A stretch of 62,725 bases of DNA, counting the filler, from Chrysochromulina tobinii (lineage: Eukaryota), in NCBI GenBank assembly GCA_001275005.1. It is 5 parts of 5 records of this genome, joined end to end, with 100 filler letters (N's around TTAATTAATTAA, not from the genome) between each part and the next. Parts side by side here need not be neighbours in the genome. Positions count along the whole stretch, not along the records: positions 1 to 16,216 come from JWZX01001313.1; positions 16,317 to 41,070 come from JWZX01001314.1; 3 more parts are not named here. One strand, written 5' to 3'. Shown piece after piece: positions 10,401 to 17,667 of this stretch. The position numbers and the translations under genes are program-made. The stretch's first letter is position 1. Each line of letters opens with the position of its first letter. The notes below the pieces were generated by a model. The model was given only the letters and a program-made list of their open reading frames with translations, made no database searches and had not been told where the DNA came from.

Positions 10401-13400
10401 GCTCGTGCGCCCTCTCGTGTGCATGCACCACCTGAAACAAGGGTGCCTCCTCCCCTGCCCTTCCTTGTATGGCAAGCCCGTGCTTCGCGTACGCGTCAGG
10501 CTGATCGAGCCGTTGGAGCGCCGTCTTGAGCGCCACCTGATCGTCCACGTGCCTGGCCAGCTGGCGTACGGTCGGCTTCTGGAAGACGGTGCGGATCGTG
10601 AGCTTGTACCCGCCGCGACGTCCTATCTCCTGTGAGGCAGAGAGGCCACGACAGAGGGGATCAGAGGGGCGATCAAAGAGGCCATCAGAGAGGCCATCAG
10701 AGAGGCCTTCAGAGAGGCCATCAGAGGCCATCAGAGGCCATCAGAGAGGCCATCAGAGGCCATCTGAGGCCATCTGAGAGGCCATCAGAGTCCATCAGAG
10801 GCCATCAGCTGAGAGGCCAACCGAGAGGGGATCAGGTCCTACCTGCACCAGCCGCAGGCAAAGCAACGAGTCGCCGCCTAATTGGAAAAAGTGAGCATCG
10901 AGGTCGATGGCTGTGGGGCCATCGAGCTTGAACACGGCCGCAAAGGCCGCTGCAAGCTGCAGCTCGGTCTCGGTGGTGGGCGGCGACACGACTGTATGGA
11001 CCGCCGCCGACGTAATTGACGTAATTGACGTAATTGACGTAATTGACGTAATTGACGTAACTGTATGGACCGCCGCCGACGCCACCGCCGCCGACGACGA
11101 CGACGACGCTGCCGCCGCCGGCGCCGCCAGGGGGCGCGCGGGCTGCTGCACGCTCGCACTTGGGGCCGATGGAGGGGGCGTCGTGCTGGGCACGGCGGCG
11201 GGTAGCCCGCGCTTGAGGGTGGCGGCGATGGTGGTTGCGAGATCGGTGACGCTCAAGACAGCGCTCGACGGCGTGCCCGGGCCCGCGGCAGTTGCGGCGG
11301 TCGTGCTCACCACGGCGCCTGCCATCCGCGGCGGCGGCAGGGTGTGCGCAATCTCGCCCACGGAGATGAGGGGCGAAGCAGCGAGATGCGTGAGCGTGAG
11401 CACGATCGCCTCGAGCATGCCCTCGAGAAAGGCGCCGTCGTGGGCGTCGCTCTCGGACGTGGCCACGACGCTCAGCAGGCTGTGGGGAGCGGCCGCCGAG
11501 CCGCGCTCCATTGCGAAGCGGACGGTGAGCGGCATGCCGATGCGATCGTAGATCGTAGGGGGGGCGGCGCTCACGCCGCCGTCGAGCTCGAGGCCCCATG
11601 CGGCCGATTGGTAGTCGACGATCACGAAGAAGAGGTCGCCATCTCGCACCTGTGGGGAAGGGAGGGCACCGCGCCGTGGTGAGCACTTGCATGCGAGCCG
11701 GGCCGGATTCAGATCGCGATCTCGGACCGAGCTCAGCTGCTTGATCTTCGTGAGCGGGTAGCTCTCATGTAGCTGACACAAACCGAGCTGCCGGTGAATC
11801 GCACGCGCCGTCGCGGCGGCGCCCGCCGCGCCCACGAGTGGCACACGAAGAGGCACCGTGTTCATCACAGGCCCAATGACCTGATGAAGAATTCAATCAA
11901 TAGGTCATTAGATGCCAATCAGAGGTCATCAGAGGCCAATCAGAGGTCATCAGAGGCCCAATGACCTGCGCGAGCTGCGGCACGGGCGCCGTGCGTCCCG
12001 ACAGGGCACACCCAAAGACGACCTCGTCGGCATCGGCCCCCTCGTACACCCACTGGACGATGGCCCACGCGGTGTGGCAGAGCGCAGCGATCGTCACCCG
12101 CTCCTGCACAGCAAGCGTCCTCAGCCGCTGCAGCACGGCGCTGTCGAGGACACACCGACGGCGCGTGGCGACGCCGGTCGCGGTTTCAGAGCAGCACATC
12201 TTTAAGGCGCCCAAGCCCGCCGGGATCGGGCGCGCCGTGCTGGGCAGGCTGTGCACCGCCTGCTGCCAGAACGCCTCGGAAGCGGAGCCCGGCTCGGCGC
12301 TTAGGGCGGCTTCATGACGCAGCTTTACCTCGTACGAGGGCGGCGGCGGCAGCGGCACGCCCGGCGTGTTGTACCCATGCGCGACGGCGTCGACGAGGAG
12401 GCGGAGGGACCATCCATCTTCGATGATGTGGTGGATGGACAGCAGCATCAAGTGCTCCTCTGCGCCAAACTGAAGCACGCGGACGCGAAGCAGCGGCGCG
12501 CACTCGAGATTTGAAAGCTCCGCGCGCTCCGTGGCCATCACCTGCTGCGCGAGCCCCTCGCGCGCGCGCACGCTCGTGCAATCGGGATGCACGCTCACGC
12601 CGAAAGGCAACTCGGCAGTCGGTTCGACGACCTGCTGCGGCTGCGGGAGCGCCTGGAGGTCGAAGCGCGTGCGCAGCATCGGCGTGGTGGCGACCAGCTG
12701 ACGCCACGCCGCGTGCAGTCGCGCCGTGTCGAGCGCCCCGTGGAGCTGCCACATGATGGAGAGGACAAAGGGGTGCTGCTCGGGGGAGCGGGCGGGGGAG
12801 GACAGTCAGCATGCAAATGGGGAGGGCAATCAACGGGTGCTGCTCGGGGGAGCGTGGGAGAACAGTCAGCATGCAAATTGGGAGGGCAATCAGCATGCAT
12901 GCACGCGCACCTGCTCGGGGGAGCGCAGGTGCTCGAAGATCATCGCGCGCTGGAGGGCGGAGGTCTCCATCACGAGCCCATCTCGGCGCGCGGAGGTCTC
13001 CATCACGAGCCCATCTCGGCGCGCGACACTTCGTTGATTGCCCTCCCCATTTGCATGCTGACTACCCTCCATTGCGATCCAACCTCGGTGCGCAGGGGGC
13101 GGCAAATCGCTCTCGACGACGGTGAGCCATCCATTCACATTCACAGAGTCGGACGAGCTCAGCGAGTGTGAATCGGCCGATCCGGCAAAGTCGACGGTCT
13201 CGGTCTCGTCAACCACGTCATCCTCGGATCCTAATTTGGACGAGATCTCGATCTCCGACTTTGTCTCCGGTTCGAGCGCCGTCCCGAGCGCCTCGAGGTG
13301 TGACATTGCCTCCTCGACCAGCCGTTGTACGCTCAGGTTCAGAAGCTCGTCCGGCTGGAGGTACATCTGCACGCGCGCCCGGCGCGGCGCGTCGTGGGGA

Positions 13401-16216
13401 AAGAGCCCGTCCAGGATCTGGTCACGGAGCTCGACGGACGAAAGGGAGTCGAGACCCCTCTCCACCAGAGGTGCCCATTGCAGCGCCTCCATCGCCGCCT
13501 CTGACGTGCCCTCGGCCAGCGGCAGCACCGTATTCACAGCCTGCTTCACGAGGCTCAGCACCGACGCACGGCTATGGCGCTCAACACGGCGCTCGGCGCT
13601 GCCGCGGCCACTTCCGTTGGCTTCGAGCACGCCCTCGGAATGGTGATCAACACGGCGCCCAATCTCCGGCGCCGAGCTCGCGAGCGCAGCGCCCGCGCCC
13701 GCGGCAGCGCTCGCGCTCTCGGCAGCGCTCGCTCGCGTCGTCGTCGGGCGCCAGCGCCACGGGTAGACTTGCGTGCGGTAGGCGGCAGCGCCGAGATGGG
13801 CACCGAGCATCGCTCGGAGGGGTGCGCACTCTGCAGGCGCGGCGGGGCGTCCGCGGCGACCTGATGGACAACGTGGGCGGCATGGGCGGCGCCGCTTGCA
13901 GCAGTGCGTGCGCGTTGCTGCCCCCAAACCCAAACGAGCTCACGCCCGCGACGGCGCTCGGTTCGGCGGCGGAGTCTGGGGGGGAGGCGCGCCGGAGGGG
14001 GGTGCCCGCGACGGCGCTCGGTTCGGCGGCGGACTCCTGGGGGGAGGCGCGCCGGAGGGGGGTGCTCTGTACCGGTAAGGCGAGCCCGTACGCCCGTAAA
14101 AAGGGGGCCACCTGGGGGTTGAGGGCGCTCAGGTGGCCATTGGTGAACGTGCTCGCCAGCCGGAGCGCAAGCGCCGTCTTGAGCATGCCCGCCATCCCGG
14201 CGGCGCCCTCGAGGTGGCCCACACAGGCCTTGATGGCGCCGATCATCACGGGCCGTTGGCGGTGTGGGGAGCGCTCGACGAGTGCGGCATGCAACGCAGC
14301 TGCTTCGATTGGGTCGCCGAGTGCGGTGCCCGTACCTGCGGGGATAATGCGCTGTGGTGAGCGCTTGCATGCAAGGCAGGTCATCAGTGGCAATCAGCGT
14401 ACCTCCTCACTTGCATGCAAAGCAGGTCATCAGGTGGCAATCAGCGTACCTCCTCACATACATGCAAGGCAGGTCATCAGGTGGCCATCAGCGTACCTCC
14501 TCACATACATGCAAGGCAGGTCATCAGGTGGCCATCAGCGTACCTCCTCACATACATGCAAGGCAGGTCATCAGGTGGCCATCAGCGTACCGTGTGCTTC
14601 GAGCAGCGTGACCTCGGCCGCCGTAACGCCGCCGTCAGCCAACGCTTGAGCGAGCAACGCCTGCTGTGCCCGCGCACTCGGCGCCGTGAGCCGCGCGGTG
14701 CGTCCGTCGCTGTTGACGGCCGTGCCGCGGATGAGGCACAGGGGCGGCAGCAGCCTTCTGCGCGAGCTCATCGGGCGTCGAGCTCCACCCTCGGGAGATG
14801 TGAGCTCCGCCTCGGGAAATGTGAGCTCCGCTTCCGGAGATGTGAGCTCCGCCTCGGGTGATTGGAGCTCGACAAGCAGCGCGCCGCCGCCCTCGGAGCG
14901 CACGTAACCGTCGGCGCGAAGGGCAAAGGCCTTGCATCGCCCCTCCACCGAGAGCATGCCCGCATGCTTGCGCACCTGATGAGGGAGGCAATCATCGGGT
15001 CATCAGTGGTCACCAGTGGTCATCGGTCGTCATCAGTCGTCATCAGTCGTCATCAGTCGTCATCAGTCGTCATCAGCATGCTTGCGCACCGCGAGGGCGC
15101 GAGGCGAGAGTAGCAAGTCGAACGCGCCCACGACGACGCGGTCCACGCCGCGGCTCGGCTCTCGCAGCAGACGCGCCGCCAGGTGCAACGCGGTGCCTGC
15201 CGACGAGCACGCGGTGTCGACGACGAGGCTCGCGCCGCCCAGCCCGAGCACATACGAGAGACGGTTCGCAGCGATTGAAGGGGCGACGGAGGTGCCCAAG
15301 AAGGCGCCGCCCCGGGCGCCGTGTGCACTCGAGGCGAGCTCGAACTGCCAGTCGTGATTTGAGAGCCCGACGCACACGGCCGTGCGGGTTTGGCTCGCCA
15401 TGTGCGACGGGGAGCGCAGCAGCTCGCCCAGTGTCTTCGGACGACTTTTGGCGGGGGCGGACGAGTCGCCCAAGACGGCGCCCACGAGAATCTCCGTGCC
15501 GAGCTCGAGAAGGAGCCGTTGATGAGGATCCATTGAGATTGCCTCCGCCTCCGCGATCCCAAAAAAGGAAGCTCCAAACCGCTCGGCGCCCTGCGGCGCG
15601 CTCAAGAAGCCGCCGAACGCCTCGCCGCCGCCGCAGGCATCGCCGCTCCAGCCCGGCGGGCCGGTGTGAATGGCATCGCCGTGTGAACGTAGCAGGCTTG
15701 TGAGAGCGTCGGAGCGGTTGCAGCCGCCCGGTAGGCGGCTGGACGTGAGCACGAGCGCGATGGGTGCCTCGACGAGCGGGCGAGCGAGCGAGGCGCGAGA
15801 CGCGCCGGCAGCGGAGCCCGCGTCAGCGGCAGCAGCAGCAGCAGCAGCAAGGGAGGGAGCGGGAGGGAGGCCGTCGCCACCGCCGCCGCTTTGGCTGGCG
15901 GCACGAGCGTCAAGGTAGGCCAGTACGGCGCGCGGCGTCGGGTGGTCGAATAGCAGCGTGCTCGGCAGCGGCGCCAGCTGCGGCGCCACCTCGCGCTCGA
16001 GTAGCGTGAGCAGCTCCGAGAGCGCGAACGAGTCAAACTCCATGTCCATCAGGGAGCTGTCGAGGCAGCTGGCGAGATCGATCGAGATTGAGAGGCTCGC
16101 ACCCACGCGCTGAAGCGCCGCCCCGAGCGCGCCGTCGAACTTAGGCGCCGATGCCGCCGGTGTCGCGGACGCCGCCGGCTTCACAGACAACGCCGTCGGC
16201 GCCGCCGCCGCCGCTG
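4438..16216 (-). CDS. Hybrid PKS-NRPS megasynthase, 5'-truncated at contig end: ACP-KS-ACP-C-PCP-Cy-A-PCP-TE
   Basis: ACP EFDSFALSEL; KS MDPHQRLLLE, DTACSS, EAHGTGTALGDPIE, GHLEGAAG, VSSFGFGGSNAH; ACP GLDSLS; C HHIIEDGWS; PCP FFQLGGDSL; Cy-like EPFPLIGITRAYYVG, WPLFECRV, GVTPTSVML, LGNFSS; A YTSGSTGVPKG, GGATE, FRTGDLGR, QVKVNGFRVELGEIE, NGKVDR; PCP FFRLGGDSV; TE HPAGA, GWSYGG, PGTHW. Fourteen GT-AG introns checked by hand join successive ORFs in phase; one junction (~13730-13900) is unresolved. Confidence 0.93.
4750..4912 (-). other. GT-AG intron with (TGATTGCACC)n repeats and 10-nt junction duplication
   Basis: GCAG|GTGCTC at both ends; phase 0 join of TE exons. Confidence 0.85.
6070..6190 (-). 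repeat. In-frame 15-bp coding tandem repeat (GSAVS/GTAVG)
   Basis: About eight copies of AACGGCTG(A/T)CCCGC(C/T) inside the A-domain C-terminal subdomain. Confidence 0.85.
6311..6493 (-). other. GT-AG intron with (TGATGRCCTC)n repeats
   Basis: GCAG|GTCA at both ends; restores GREDSQ|VKVNG. Confidence 0.9.
6647..6762 (-). other. GT-AG intron, 10/20-nt repeats, ends CTGATTGCCTCCCTCATCAG
   Basis: Restores ALGYYE|EPEKS in phase 0. Confidence 0.9.
7041..7215 (-). other. GT-AG intron whose 3' end copies the upstream exon end, with internal tandem duplication
   Basis: TGGATTGCGCGCGCTCTCC(C)CAG at exon end and intron end, plus a diverged internal copy; phase 1 join. Confidence 0.85.
8381..8530 (-). 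other. GT-AG intron with (TGATKGCACC)n repeats
   Basis: Phase 0 join EIMR|DLFP. Confidence 0.85.
8729..8892 (-). other. GT-AG intron with 10-nt repeats
   Basis: Phase 0 join YNK|VHHQ. Confidence 0.85.
9049..9277 (-). other. GT-AG intron with (TGATKACCAC)n repeats and duplicated acceptor
   Basis: Restores EDVSK|ILGNFSS; TGCATGCTGACGCCTCCCAG-ATCCTCG present twice. Confidence 0.88.
9844..9922 (-). other. 79-nt GT-AG intron whose first 29 nt exactly duplicate the downstream exon
   Basis: GTCCGCGCCCCGAGACGTGGCCACTCTTC after both donor and acceptor; phase 1 join. Confidence 0.9.
10098..10266 (-). other. GT-AG intron with (TGATGACCTC)n repeats, 10-nt junction duplication
   Basis: CGCCTGCAG|G at both ends; phase 0. 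Confidence 0.88.
10630..10842 (-). other. GT-AG intron with TGATGGCCTC(TC) repeats
   Basis: Splits the PCP: LRLVQ|EIGRRG. Confidence 0.88.
11650..11727 (-). other. In-frame 78-nt GT-AG intron with diverged exon duplication
   Basis: GTCCGAGATCGCGATCT vs exon GTGCGAGATGGCGACCT; shares GCATGCAAGTGCTCACCA...CCCCACAG cassette with 9844-9922. Confidence 0.75.
11881..11965 (-). other. 85-nt GT-AG intron with 15-nt junction duplication
   Basis: CAG|GTCATTGGGCCT at both ends; phase 0. Confidence 0.9.
12776..12910 (-). other. GT-AG intron with two copies of the upstream exon end
   Basis: CGCTCCCCCGAGCAG at exon end, mid-intron and intron end; two TGATTGCCCTCCC..TTTGCATGCTGACT cassettes. Confidence 0.88.
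12982..13083 (-). other. Probable in-frame intron carrying the shared cassette in antisense orientation
   Basis: CGAG|GTTGG...CGAG|AT; 33-nt tandem duplication gives an alternative acceptor at 13015. Confidence 0.5.
14336..14590 (-). other. GT-AG intron made of ~47-nt tandem repeats
   Basis: Restores EAHG|TGT (phase 1); GGTACG at both ends; ends in GCATGCAAGCGCTCACCACAGCGC...CCCCGCAG. Confidence 0.9.
14976..15089 (-). other. GT-AG intron with 15-nt junction duplication and (TGATGACGAC)n
   Basis: G|GTGCGCAAGCATGC at both ends; ends TGATTGCCTCCCTCATCAG. Confidence 0.9.
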
Positions 16217-16316
16217 NNNNNNNNNNNNNNNNNNNNNNNNNNNNNNNNNNNNNNNNNNNNTTAATTAATTAANNNNNNNNNNNNNNNNNNNNNNNNNNNN
16301 NNNNNNNNNNNNNNNN
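16217..16316. other. Artificial contig linker
   Basis: N-run + TTAATTAATTAA + N-run, 100 nt, stops in all six frames. Confidence 0.97.
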
Positions 16317-17415
16317 GGCGGCGGCCGCAAAGGCGGCGGCGGCGAGGGCGGAGGCGAGGGCGGCGGCGTGGGCGCGGGCGGGGGCGGCGGCGGCGAGGGC
16401 GGCGGCGAGGGCGCAGGCACCGGTGGGGGCTTCGCCCACGCGCACGACTCCGTGAAGGCGGGGCTGTACGTGGCCGCCGTGGGGTCCGTGCAGCCGCGCT
16501 TTGCGTACGTGCAGATGCCATTGTTGAACGTCGCCTACACGCGCATGAGTGGGGATTATTGCAGGGAACGTGGGCGGATTCGAGCCTTCCGACGGTTGAA
16601 ACTGGGATGGTGGCAAGGCGACGGCGGGAACCGGATGGGAGGAAAGGGGGGCAACGGCGGAAGGGGGGGCGAGGCAGGCGAGGCGGGAGAAGAAGCATGG
16701 CAGCAGACGGGAACGGATGGCACAGGCGCGCAGCGCACCCGCGAATTGTAGTTGGTGGCCGCCGTGTCGTTGCAGCCACCGTACTGGCACATGCCCGCGA
16801 GTACGGTGGCAGGGGGCATGGGAGAAGCGATAACGCCGTTGCCGTTCAGGTGGAGGTTTGCCGCGAGAGTGTTAAAGGCAGAGACATAATTGTCGGCGGT
16901 GGGATCATTGCACGCATACAGGAAGTACTGGCAGGACCACGGCGCGTTCACTGGGTTGGGTTTAGCCGGGGAGGGCGCTGCGCAAGACGGTGTTGGGCGG
17001 TGGGAGGGTCGTTTCCGTGAGCAGCAGACGGGCGGGGCTGCACCCAGGAGTCACAGGTGCATGGCATGGGCGGCACGCGCAGAGGCGCCCTCCGTGGAGG
17101 CGCCCTCCGCATAATCTGTGGGCAAGCATTCGGGTCTGGGAGGTGGAACGGAACCATCTCGGCAGGTCCCTTCGCGCGAGATGCTGCACGCCCCCCAATA
17201 CATGCGCGGGACTGGCACTTACTCATCGGCGCGTAGTTGGCAGCCTCCGGATCCGTGCAGACCAAGTTGGGCAAAGGAACGCAAGCTCCCGTGACGCGGC
17301 CACCGTACAAGGGGTAGTAGTTGTCATTCCCCGGTTCGTAGCACACGTCGCCGCGCACAGTGGTGATGCCGGCGAACAGCACGAAGGGTGCCAAGGCGCG
17401 CCACGCCGCCGGCAT
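16317..17415 (-). CDS. Secreted Cys/Pro-rich protein with CxDPxAxNY repeats (multi-exon, 3'-truncated)
   Basis: Signal-peptide-like N-terminus; CTDPEAANY, CNDPTADNY, CNDTAATNY repeats across ORFs; poly-Pro/Ser codons at contig end. Exon limits approximate. Confidence 0.6.
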
Positions 17416-17667
17416 TGTGTCGGCAATGTGCCTCGCAACTGTCGGCGCGTGAGCTCTATCGGTGCGTACTTGTACCGGTTCCTCGGGAAGCTCCGCACGT
17501 TGGCTGTCCGTGGGTAAGTCCGCGACGCGTCGGAAAAGTCAGCGATCCGCAAAACTGCGGATGGGCGAACTGAGCTGGTGTGCCATTGTGAAAGATTCAC
17601 ACCGACGCCGACACGTTCACACTCTCGATGTAAATTGCGAGCGCGCAATTTACATGTGGTCGGCGTG

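Noticed and set aside
14336..14590. CRISPR-like array
   Set aside because: No spacers; lies within a frame-restoring intron.
4438..16216. PKS-NRPS as a heavily fragmented pseudogene
   Set aside because: All but one ORF break is repaired by in-phase GT-AG introns.
16261..16272. TTAATTAATTAA palindrome (x4 in window) as a biological site
   Set aside because: Always centred in identical N runs; concatenation linker.
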